64,000 nucleotides of DNA. It comes from Candidatus Methanomethylicia archaeon (GTDB lineage Archaea > Thermoproteota > Methanomethylicia > Nezhaarchaeales > B40-G2). A model generated the notes under the pieces. The model did not search any database. It was not told the origin of the DNA and saw only the letters and a list, made by a program, of their open reading frames with translations. The position numbers and the translations under genes were made by a program. Of the stretch, positions 1-7,425 are shown piece after piece (within the stretch, counting starts at the first letter, position 1; every line of letters begins with the position of its first letter). Location: contig JAPDJI010000025.1 of assembly GCA_029259155.1 (NCBI GenBank), positions 5,044 through 69,043 on the forward strand, given 5' to 3'.

Positions 1-89
1 CTAACCTCCCTTGTCTTGATGTCGCTCCACGAAGCATAACTAAGACATGCAACGCAGATCAGCAGCTTTACTGTAGAGGTCCACTCCAT
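1..89 (-). CDS. 5' end (29 codons) of a membrane protein, possibly an A24-family prepilin/preflagellin peptidase. It continues beyond the window start.
   Basis: ATG at 89 on the minus strand, open to the window edge: MEWTSTVKLLICVACLSYASWSDIKTREV. A hydrophobic helix is followed by a D-x-x-x-R-E motif, as at PibD/FlaK N-termini. The fragment is too short to be sure. Confidence 0.25.
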   Translation of the reverse strand, partial: MEWTSTVKLLICVACLSYASWSDIKTREV

Positions 90-164
90 GAAGCTAGCAC
101 CGGCCCAAACACTTATACGAGAGGTGTTAGGAGCACCTAATAGCATTTCAGGTGGTGCAGTAGA

Positions 165-329
165 GTGCCTGAGTTTAAGGGCTCTGGAAGGTTGATTAGA
201 TGTCCTAGGTGCGGCTTCACCTTCGATATCACTTATGCTAGGACTTTTGCTTGTAGAGGCTGTCCCTCTGCTGTTGGCGGCTGTGGCTATATGCGCTGTC
301 CTTCATGTGGCTATGAGTGGCCGCTCTAG
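165..329 (+). CDS. Small (54 aa) cysteine-rich zinc-ribbon protein, below the ORF-track length cutoff.
   Basis: GTG at 165 to TAG at 327-329 translates as MPEFKGSGRLIRCPRCGFTFDISYARTFACRGCPSAVGGCGYMRCPSCGYEWPL, with CPRC, CRGC and C-x4-C-x2-C motifs. A TATA-like AAACACTTATA lies at 107-117, about 48 nt upstream. The 3' end overlaps the convergent PfkB stop by 4 nt. Confidence 0.4.
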   Translation: MPEFKGSGRLIRCPRCGFTFDITYARTFACRGCPSAVGGCGYMRCPSCGYEWPL

Positions 330-1249
330 CTCGCCTTAAGGATCTTAAGTCTCCTTTCTCCTTCCTCTCTCGTAATGGGAAAGTCTGGCCCCACGTGTTC
401 AACCTTAATAGAGGCTATGGCTGAAGCGAAGAGCGCGGCTTCAAGCAGGTTTTTTCCACGTATCCTGCTGTATATAAAGGCGCCAGCATAGACATCGCCA
501 GCTCCTGTAGGATCTAAAGCCGCAGTCTTAAAGGCAGGTATCCTGTACAGCTTTCCTTCCCCGAGCACTATAGATCCCCTCTCAGCCATGGTTACTATAC
601 CTACTTTAGCTCCCCATTTGACCAACTCTTTTACAGCGTCTTCAGGCTCTAACCCTGTCATCACGGCGGCTTCGGCCTCGTTAGGCTTCACGTAGTCGCA
701 TAACTTAACAGCTTCTCGGAGAGCCTCTTCGTTGCGTACATGTTCTATCCTGCCGTGTTTACTAATCTTCCTCACTAAGCCTTGAGGATCTAAGAAGACT
801 TCAGCTACTCCTCGTTTTTTAATTAGCTTTATGAGGTCCAAGTCCACCTCCTGGAGGATGGGCCCTATCAAGACGAACCTTGCCTCAAGAAAGCTTAACG
901 GTATGTCAGAGGGCTCTATCTTTCCAGCGATCCCTATCACATCAAGCACTCTATCTCTGAGGTTTGAGCTGTAAGTGAGTTTAAAGCCCCCTGTCTCTTT
1001 AGAAAGCTTTACGTAAAGCTTGTTGATCCCCAGCCTAGCTAGGTCTGAGAGTAGCTTGTGTTCATAATCTTTGCCTACGCAGCCTACTAAGGCTATATTG
1101 GTTAAGCCTAGTCTTCTAGCTGTTATAGCAGCATTAACGCTGCAGCCTGAAAGCACCCTTTCTCCAGTCTTAACATAGGGCGTCTCTATGATGTCATAGA
1201 CTGGGTTTCCGATACATAACAAGTCGTACATACCGCGTTTTCCTCTCAA
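326..1249 (-). CDS. PfkB-family carbohydrate/nucleoside kinase (ribokinase-like).
   Basis: LLCIGNPVYD N-terminus and C-terminal DPTGAGDVYAGAF anion-hole/catalytic motif. TTG at 1249 overlaps the upstream stop (TTGA). An alternative ATG lies at 1231 (MYDLLCIGN). Confidence 0.85.
   Translation of the reverse strand: MRGKRGMYDLLCIGNPVYDIIETPYVKTGERVLSGCSVNAAITARRLGLTNIALVGCVGKDYEHKLLSDLARLGINKLYVKLSKETGGFKLTYSSNLRDRVLDVIGIAGKIEPSDIPLSFLEARFVLIGPILQEVDLDLIKLIKKRGVAEVFLDPQGLVRKISKHGRIEHVRNEEALREAVKLCDYVKPNEAEAAVMTGLEPEDAVKELVKWGAKVGIVTMAERGSIVLGEGKLYRIPAFKTAALDPTGAGDVYAGAFIYSRIRGKNLLEAALFASAIASIKVEHVGPDFPITREEGERRLKILKAS
486..540. repeat. 55-nt tract that is the perfect reverse complement of 3342..3396 (inverted repeat inside the two PfkB paralogs).
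   Basis: gcatagacatcgccagctcctgtaggatctaaagccgcagtcttaaaggcaggta is the reverse complement of 3342..3396, checked base by base. Confidence 0.9.
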
Positions 1250-1827
1250 GCATTGGTTATTCTCTGGGCGTGCTTAAGCCTTTGTATCACAGTCAGATGT
1301 GACAGTAACCCCACTAGGATGACAGCATAATTGAGGGCTTCAAGGATAACGAAGTTGAGCAAGGCCCCAACCATGATGATCAGGAATTTTTCCTGCCTCT
1401 CCATTAGCCCTACAGAACAGCATCCTTCACCCATGGCTGCTTCGGCTGCTGCACGAGTATAGCTGGCCATTATCATGCCGAAGAGAGCGAAGAGCCCCCA
1501 AAACCAGTTCACGAAGCCTCCAGCTATTAAGCCTAATAGCACAGCATACTCTACGTATCTGTCTACCACCCTATCTAGGATACCTCCAAACTTGGTTGTT
1601 TTTCCTGAAGCCCTTGCTAAGGCTCCATCAAGCATGTCTATCAAGCCTACAGTTATCATCAACACCAGGCCGTAGAGTAGGAAACCTTTGTAGAGAACAT
1701 AACAACAAAACGCAGCAAGAGCTAAGCCGATTAAGGTTACCAGGTTAGGGGGTATATTGAGCCTAGCTAATGCTTCTCCTAGGGGTTCAAGGGCTTTCTC
1801 GTAGCGCTGTCGAAGTCTTCCGAACAA
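1246..1827 (-). CDS. CDP-alcohol phosphatidyltransferase family membrane enzyme, a candidate archaetidylinositol-phosphate or DIP-phosphate synthase type.
   Basis: D-x2-DG-x2-AR-x8-G-x3-D-x3-D signature is present (DMLDGALARASGKTTKFGGILDRVVDR). The protein has multiple TM helices and is about 190 aa. Confidence 0.85.
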   Translation of the reverse strand: MFGRLRQRYEKALEPLGEALARLNIPPNLVTLIGLALAAFCCYVLYKGFLLYGLVLMITVGLIDMLDGALARASGKTTKFGGILDRVVDRYVEYAVLLGLIAGGFVNWFWGLFALFGMIMASYTRAAAEAAMGEGCCSVGLMERQEKFLIIMVGALLNFVILEALNYAVILVGLLSHLTVIQRLKHAQRITNA

Positions 1828-2163
1828 CTATCCTTCCCCAAATAGCCTCCTCAACGTCTCTTTCAAAAACTCCTCAGCTCTCTTAAATAGTTCCTCGCCT
1901 TTCTTCGTAACACGGTAGTACTTCCTCCATAGAGAGCCTGGAAGCCCGCCTTTATACTCGCTCTCCAAAAGTCCCTCTCTTTCCATTCGATAAAGAACAG
2001 TGTATATGGTTATTCTTGCTGGAGAGAAGCCGAACCTGGCTTCGAACTCCTTGGCTACTTCATAGCCATACATAGGCCTCTCTAGTAGCATCTTTACAAT
2101 GTATAGCCATAATACCTCTAGGGTTAGCTTCTTCGTGAGCCTTTCGTAAGCCATGCGGAGCAC
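1828..2163 (-). CDS. PadR-family winged-helix transcriptional regulator.
   Basis: YGYEVAKEF...TIYTVLYRMEREGLLES is the typical PadR recognition helix and wing. The protein is 111 aa. Confidence 0.8.
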   Translation of the reverse strand: MLRMAYERLTKKLTLEVLWLYIVKMLLERPMYGYEVAKEFEARFGFSPARITIYTVLYRMEREGLLESEYKGGLPGSLWRKYYRVTKKGEELFKRAEEFLKETLRRLFGEG

Positions 2164-2168
2164 CAGGG

Positions 2169-2453
2169 CTAGCGGCGAGCCGACGTCCTACGCTCTTCCC
2201 TAGCCCTAACTTTCCTTACTCCTTGATAAACAGCGCAGCTTACACAGAGGGTTTTAGTTACATAGCTTCTGGCTATAATGGCTCCTTTCTTCTCGAGTTC
2301 TTTTCTAAGCTGAGGGTCAACGATGCTTACAGGCCTTGTTATCCTTATTGCCTTGCCCCTGGGGATAGGCCTTCCACAGCCGTCGCAGTAAAGTATAGAG
2401 TCCCTCCCCTTGGCTCCTTTACTCCTACCTCGACTCTTACGTTTCTTAGGCAC
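2169..2453 (-). CDS. rps26e: Ribosomal protein eS26 (S26e).
   Basis: MPKKRKSRGRSKGAKGR...CDGCGRPIPRGKAI...CVSCAVY matches the basic N-terminus plus zinc-ribbon pattern of S26e. Among archaea this protein is restricted to TACK-type lineages. Confidence 0.85.
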   Translation of the reverse strand: MPKKRKSRGRSKGAKGRDSILYCDGCGRPIPRGKAIRITRPVSIVDPQLRKELEKKGAIIARSYVTKTLCVSCAVYQGVRKVRAREERRTSARR

Positions 2454-2638
2454 TTATACCGCCTTCCACGGTCTCTACGCGTAAAAGGATCTCCCTCATT
2501 TTATCCTTTACTCATCCATAACCTTTGATCTAAAAAGCTTTAGCTTTGAGGCACCGTTTCATCAAGCTTGAGTTGTCTCTACCTAAACTTCCTTGGAAGG
2601 CCTGTTAGGTCTTAATAGCTTATTTGTAGAGTAATAAA

Positions 2639-3574
2639 ATGCCCTTACGGGAGGGTTTCTCCATAGCACGCTTTGACGTGGAAGTGGTTGGACATTTAAC
2701 CCTTGACTACATTAAGACGCCACGAAGCACTGTTAATGAGGTCTTGGGGGGCACTCCAACATATGTAGGTTTTTCTTTAAGTCGGCTAGGCTTTAAGGTG
2801 GGCGTGATATCAACTATTGGACATGACTTTAGCGAGCCCCACGTCCTCTGCTTAGCTAAAGACATGGAGCTATCGAAGGTTAAAAGGAGCTTTAAACCTA
2901 CTACTAGGTTCCAGATCAGTTATTTTGATCATGGTAGAGAGCTTAGGCTTCTCGCTCTTTGTGAACCTATAGATGAAAGTACTTTAACGTCCTTGAATGA
3001 GGCTGAGGCTATTTTCATAGGCACTGTGGCGGGAGAAGTGGATTTAAAGACTCTTGAGAAGGTGAGTTGCCTTGACTTATACAAGACGCTTAGCCTACAG
3101 GGTTTTCTTAGGAGCTTTAGACCTAATGGATACGTGGAGCTGAGGACTGAAGATAGGCTCCTCCCCCTCCTAGGTAGGTTTAACTTAATTTGTGGTTCAA
3201 GCGAAGAAATGATGATAGAGCTGGGTGCTAGTAACCTGAAGCAAGCTCTTTCCAGAGCTTTAAAGTTAGGTGGAGGCGTGGCGGTTGCTACCATGGGTCA
3301 TGAAGGATCCATGGTAGCCTACCAAGGGGGTTTCCTAAGAGTACCTGCCTTTAAGACTGCGGCTTTAGATCCTACAGGAGCTGGCGATGTCTATGCCGGT
3401 GTATTAGCCAATTACTTGAGTAGAGGTGAAGATATTAAGTGGGCAGCTTGCGTAGCTGCCTCGGCTGCCTCCTTCGTAGTGGAAGGATTAGGTCCTTCAA
3501 GGTTTGGCTCTAAGCGTGAGGTAGAGGTGCGCGCTTCAGCTATGCTTGAGAAGGTTGTTTTTCAGCCGTTTTAG
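2639..3574 (+). CDS. PfkB-family carbohydrate kinase, a paralog of 326..1249.
   Basis: It carries the same C-terminal PAFKTAALDPTGAGDVYAG motif. Outside that tract the identity to the first kinase is low. Confidence 0.85.
   Translation: MPLREGFSIARFDVEVVGHLTLDYIKTPRSTVNEVLGGTPTYVGFSLSRLGFKVGVISTIGHDFSEPHVLCLAKDMELSKVKRSFKPTTRFQISYFDHGRELRLLALCEPIDESTLTSLNEAEAIFIGTVAGEVDLKTLEKVSCLDLYKTLSLQGFLRSFRPNGYVELRTEDRLLPLLGRFNLICGSSEEMMIELGASNLKQALSRALKLGGGVAVATMGHEGSMVAYQGGFLRVPAFKTAALDPTGAGDVYAGVLANYLSRGEDIKWAACVAASAASFVVEGLGPSRFGSKREVEVRASAMLEKVVFQPF
3342..3396. repeat. 55-nt tract that is the perfect reverse complement of 486..540.
   Basis: tacctgcctttaagactgcggctttagatcctacaggagctggcgatgtctatgc. 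Confidence 0.9.
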
Positions 3575-4334
3575 CCTCACCTTTATAGATAATCTTAGCT
3601 ACTGCTACGGCTAGGCAGTATAGTGCTATGATGGGTGCAGCCAGCATTATCATGGTAAAGCCGGAAACGTCAGGGGTGATTAAGGCCGATATTATGAAAA
3701 TAGCTAGCACCGTCTCTCTCCAATGGGAGGTTAAAGCTTCAGGAGTTATTACGCCTACCTTAACAAGTAGGGTTGTGATGACCGGGAAGGTAAAGGTAAG
3801 CCCTACAGCTAGCATCACTATGACGGTGAAGGAGAGGAAGTCGTCGACCGAGAAGAAGGGACTAGCACCTACCATATAGGCGAACCTTATTAGAAACTTG
3901 TAGGTCCAAGGTAGGAGAAGGAAGTAAGCGAAGAGCACACCCAGTACAAAGAGCCCTGTGAAGGAAGCCGTAAACCATGTTAAGTGCCTTTTTTCATGGG
4001 GATATAGGGCTGGGGCAACATACTTGTATATTTCATAGGATACCACGGGCGAAGCCATGAGGAAACCTATGAGGAAGGACAGGTAAAAATAGGTCATGAT
4101 GACGCCTGTCCAGGAACTGGCCATTAATACGACACCCTCTGGAAGTAGGTCTACTTCGATCTTCTGTATGAGATAGGAGACTAAAGTTTCATAGCTTGGG
4201 TTGATGCGTGCTGGGATTATTGATGCGATAGCCATCCCTATGACAATGGCTATAAGCGCTCTTCTAGCCCGTATGAGCAGCTCCTCTAGGTGTTCCTGGA
4301 ACCTTTTCCCTTCTTCTAGCTCCTCATTACTCAT
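3540..4334 (-). CDS. tatC: Twin-arginine translocase subunit TatC.
   Basis: Polytopic protein with about 6 TM helices. It starts with a HLEELRxR-like helix (FQEHLEELLIRARRALI), has a TatC-like length, and lies immediately downstream of two tatA genes. Confidence 0.9.
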   Translation of the reverse strand: MSNEELEEGKRFQEHLEELLIRARRALIAIVIGMAIASIIPARINPSYETLVSYLIQKIEVDLLPEGVVLMASSWTGVIMTYFYLSFLIGFLMASPVVSYEIYKYVAPALYPHEKRHLTWFTASFTGLFVLGVLFAYFLLLPWTYKFLIRFAYMVGASPFFSVDDFLSFTVIVMLAVGLTFTFPVITTLLVKVGVITPEALTSHWRETVLAIFIISALITPDVSGFTMIMLAAPIIALYCLAVAVAKIIYKGEAKTAEKQPSQA

Positions 4335-4346
4335 AGTGAGCTATGC

Positions 4347-4655
4347 CTACTGCTTTTCCTTTTCCTTATTTAGAAGATCTATGATCTCTTTGACCAGTTC
4401 TTCTCTGCTTTTACCTTCGGTGGATATGTTTAGCGCTTTGGCCAGACGAGTTACCTTGTCCTCATCAGCTTCTTTTAGGATCTTCTCCTGCTCCTCCCTT
4501 GAAGCTTTCCTAAACTCTCTAACTGCTTCTCCCATCCCTCTTGCTAGTTCTGGTAGTTTCTTAGCTCCAAACAGTATTAGTATGATTAGAAATATGATTA
4601 ACCATTCATAGCCTCCGAAAGTTGGGAGGAAGCCTAGATCTATGGTAAAGGTCAA
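4347..4655 (-). CDS. tatA: TatA/E-family translocase subunit.
   Basis: A single N-terminal TM helix is followed by FGAKKLPELARGMGEAVREFRKAS (amphipathic helix motif). Confidence 0.85.
   Translation of the reverse strand: MTFTIDLGFLPTFGGYEWLIIFLIILILFGAKKLPELARGMGEAVREFRKASREEQEKILKEADEDKVTRLAKALNISTEGKSREELVKEIIDLLNKEKEKQ
4499..4529. repeat. 31-nt tract identical to 4855..4885 (tandem tatA paralogs).
   Basis: ttgaagctttcctaaactctctaactgcttc occurs in both copies. It encodes EAVREFRKAS on the minus strand. Confidence 0.9.
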
Positions 4656-4696
4656 TTAGCCCACCTTTGCCATGAAGCTACAAAACTCTCTCGCTT

Positions 4697-4990
4697 TTAG
4701 CTTTTCTCCCCTATTTTACGTCTAGCTTTTTCTATGATTGCCTTGGCAAGTTCTTCTCTACCCTTACCTTCGACCTCTACTCCTAGCTCTTTGGCTACTT
4801 TGGTAAGCAGCTCATCGTCCTTCCTGACCGTTTTTGTCTCAACTGGGATAGGGTTTGAAGCTTTCCTAAACTCTCTAACTGCTTCACCGAGGGTTCTGGC
4901 TATTTCAGGTATCTTCTTCGGCCCGAAGAGCAACAAAGCTATGAAAAACACTACTATTATTTCAAGCCCTCCAAGCATAGCCAGGCCCAC
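4697..4990 (-). CDS. tatA: TatA/E-family translocase subunit (second paralog).
   Basis: An N-terminal TM helix is followed by FGPKKIPEIARTLGEAVREFRKAS. Confidence 0.85.
   Translation of the reverse strand: MGLAMLGGLEIIVVFFIALLLFGPKKIPEIARTLGEAVREFRKASNPIPVETKTVRKDDELLTKVAKELGVEVEGKGREELAKAIIEKARRKIGEKS
4855..4885. repeat. 31-nt tract identical to 4499..4529.
   Basis: The same 31-mer is seen in the second tatA gene. Confidence 0.9.
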
Positions 4991-5066
4991 CTCAAGGATG
5001 CCACTAACCCATATAAAGGTGTGTCGGAGGTTAACTATGCCAACCTAAGTAGGGAAGGATGGGGAC

Positions 5067-5924
5067 ATGTATCTTAGCGAGCTCCTAGGAGAACGTCTAG
5101 GCGAGTTAGCTTCAGAGAGGCTTGAAGTTTTCGAGCATAGAATGCTGGAGGAGCTTCGAAAATTAACTCCGACCTCCTTTTACGACCCCTTGGTTTACGC
5201 TGTAAGGGGAGGTAAGAGAATTAGGCCGCTTATCCTTCTCTTTGCCTCGGAGATCTTAGGTCCTCCTCCCTTAGACCCTTACCCTGCAGCTATAGCCGTG
5301 GAGTTGTTACACTGTGAGTCGCTCATTCACGACGATATCATCGATAAGGAGACCTCGAGGAGAGGATTAGAACCCTTCTACCTAAAGTTTGGCCCTGTGC
5401 TTAGCATGCTGAGTGCAGACTTCGTGTTAGGTTTATCCCTCAACTTCCTTTCAAGGTATAAGAGATCTCTCTTGATGAGGGCTATAGCTAACGAGTTATC
5501 TAGATCCGTGATGGAGATGTGCGAAGGCGAGCTTCTTGAAAATGAGCTTCTAAACAGCGGGAAAGCTGGGTGGAGGTACTACTTAAAGGTGGTCAGGTTG
5601 AAGACAGCCCCCCTTTTTAGGGCCTCGGCGAAATTAGGCGGCCTCATCGCTACTAAGGGTAGGCGGAGCGAAGTGGTTAAGGCTTTAACGAAGTATGGTT
5701 TACTCGTAGGCATAGCTTATCAATTAAGGGATGACGTGCTTGATGCTGAGAAGGGTGAAGATTTAGCGCTCCGTCTATCGTCTCTTGACAACGTAGAACG
5801 TATCCAGCGTCTATCTCGTAGCTTAGTAGAGAAGGCTAAGATGGAGCTGAGAAGGTTCAGCTCATCCCCTGCCAGGGAAGTATTGGAGAGAATAGCTGAA
5901 ATTATGGTGGAGCGAGAGATCTAA
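5067..5924 (+). CDS. Short-form trans-polyprenyl diphosphate synthase (GGPP/FPP synthase family).
   Basis: First Asp-rich motif LIHDDIIDKETSRRG and second motif QLRDDVLD are present. The protein is 285 aa. Confidence 0.85.
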   Translation: MYLSELLGERLGELASERLEVFEHRMLEELRKLTPTSFYDPLVYAVRGGKRIRPLILLFASEILGPPPLDPYPAAIAVELLHCESLIHDDIIDKETSRRGLEPFYLKFGPVLSMLSADFVLGLSLNFLSRYKRSLLMRAIANELSRSVMEMCEGELLENELLNSGKAGWRYYLKVVRLKTAPLFRASAKLGGLIATKGRRSEVVKALTKYGLLVGIAYQLRDDVLDAEKGEDLALRLSSLDNVERIQRLSRSLVEKAKMELRRFSSSPAREVLERIAEIMVEREI

Positions 5925-5937
5925 GCTTTCCATAGCT

Positions 5938-7368
5938 CTAATAAGTCTTAGCGAGCCTCACATAGTAGGAAGCGTTTTCACCGCATACTACACATTTGCC
6001 TTCAACCTTCTCGTCTAGGGGTGTTCCCAGCACCCTTCCTTGGACTTCGCTCTCTAGTTTAAGTCCGCAATCATCTGAACCACACCAAGCTACGTGGATG
6101 ATCCCTTCCTGCTTAGCTACGAGCTCCTTTGCTTCCTCAAGCGTGTTCACGTAGATGAGGTGTTCTCTAAACTCCCTCCATGAACGTTCGCTTAGACTTC
6201 TTTCTATTTCCTTGAATAGCTCTTTAACCTTCACTTCCAACTCTTCCACAGGGTGCCTCGTCCTTTCTAAGGTATCCCTCCTCGAGAGAGTTACTGTTCC
6301 ACCCTCTAGGTCTTTAGGTCCTATCTCAACCCTTACGGGAACCCCCTTTAGCTCCCAGAAGTAGAACTTTTCTCCAGGTGTCACGTCGTCTCTATCGTCA
6401 AGCTTCACTCGTACCCCTACTTCCTTTAGCGTTTCGTAGAGCTTCCTTGAAGCTTCATAGACTTCCCGTTCTTTGCCTTTATAAGGGATGGGAACTATAA
6501 CCACCTGTATAGGAGCTACTTTAGGTGGTAGCAGAAGGCCGTGGTCGTCTCCATGGATGGAGATCAACGCAGCTATCACTCTTTCAGATACACCGTAGCT
6601 GGTGGTGTAGACGTAGTCTCTACTTCCATCGGGTTTAAGGAACTCCACCTCGAAAGGCTTTGAGAAGTTTTGTCCTAGATTATGCACAGTCCCTATTTGA
6701 AGGGTCCTTCCCTCAGGCATGAGGGTGTCGAAAGAGATGGTGTATACTGCTCCAGCGAACTTATCCCATACAGGCCTCTTCGAAATGACGTAGGGGATGC
6801 TCAACTCGTCGAAAAACTTCCTATAGATCTCGATAGCCTCCTTTACCTGACGCTCTGCATCCTCGTACGTGGCGTGAGCTGTATGGGCCTCCTTAAACAT
6901 GGTTACCTCGCGTACTCTTATCATGGGGTGGGTGGCCTTAGTCTCGTACCTAAAAACGCTTACGACCTGGTACACTTTCTTGGGTAGGTCTGTGTGAGAC
7001 TGTATCCAGAGCTTAAACATGGGCATGATCACAGTCTCGCTGGTTGGCCTAAGCGCCAGCTTTTCTTCGAGCTCCGTTTCTCCTCCTTTAGTGACCCAGA
7101 ATACCTCCTTCTCAAAGCTCCTTATGTGCTCTCCTTCCTTGGCTAAGAGGCTTTGAGGGATGAGCAAGGGGAAAAGACACTCTTCATGTCCCGTCGCGTC
7201 TAGGAGGGACTTTATGATGTTTAATACGTTGTTCCTTAGCTTAAAACCGTAGCCTGGCCATACACCGCAGCCCTTAACTAATACTCGGTAGTCGTAGACC
7301 TCAGCCATCAAAGTGACGTCCCTAAACCACCTGGTGTAGTCGGTTCGCTTACGTTGGGCTTTAAGCAT
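5938..7368 (-). CDS. proS: Prolyl-tRNA synthetase (archaeal/eukaryotic type).
   Basis: Class II motifs are present (RPTSETVIMPMF, FRYETKATHPMIRVREV) along with a C-terminal zinc-binding extension ending in ...RLAKTY. Confidence 0.95.
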   Translation of the reverse strand: MLKAQRKRTDYTRWFRDVTLMAEVYDYRVLVKGCGVWPGYGFKLRNNVLNIIKSLLDATGHEECLFPLLIPQSLLAKEGEHIRSFEKEVFWVTKGGETELEEKLALRPTSETVIMPMFKLWIQSHTDLPKKVYQVVSVFRYETKATHPMIRVREVTMFKEAHTAHATYEDAERQVKEAIEIYRKFFDELSIPYVISKRPVWDKFAGAVYTISFDTLMPEGRTLQIGTVHNLGQNFSKPFEVEFLKPDGSRDYVYTTSYGVSERVIAALISIHGDDHGLLLPPKVAPIQVVIVPIPYKGKEREVYEASRKLYETLKEVGVRVKLDDRDDVTPGEKFYFWELKGVPVRVEIGPKDLEGGTVTLSRRDTLERTRHPVEELEVKVKELFKEIERSLSERSWREFREHLIYVNTLEEAKELVAKQEGIIHVAWCGSDDCGLKLESEVQGRVLGTPLDEKVEGKCVVCGENASYYVRLAKTY

Positions 7369-7425
7369 GGCCTGTCCCCATGCTTAAAGTAGGAGGACAA
7401 TTTAGATTTAACGGGGCCATGCGCC

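Noticed and set aside
2223-2528. Many track ORFs of 60-140 aa lie antisense to, or out of frame within, well-supported genes. Examples are 1475..1675, 2223..2528, 2929..3294, 3628..3879, 4201..4611, 4734..5048, 6682..6987, 8064..8348, 9289..9558, 14012..14708, 20370..20696, 22256..23293, 29950..30315, 35137..35340, 37696..37893, 38821..39096, 44468..44761, 47209..47574, 48570..49454, 53848..54569, 54745..55050, 58110..59018, 60245..60563, 61215..61655 and 61966..62211.
   Set aside because: Each is wholly embedded in a CDS with strong family motifs on the other strand or frame. Their translations are low-complexity (Ser/Leu/Pro/Arg-rich) with no recognisable motifs, and none has its own promoter-like element. 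I treat them as shadow ORFs.
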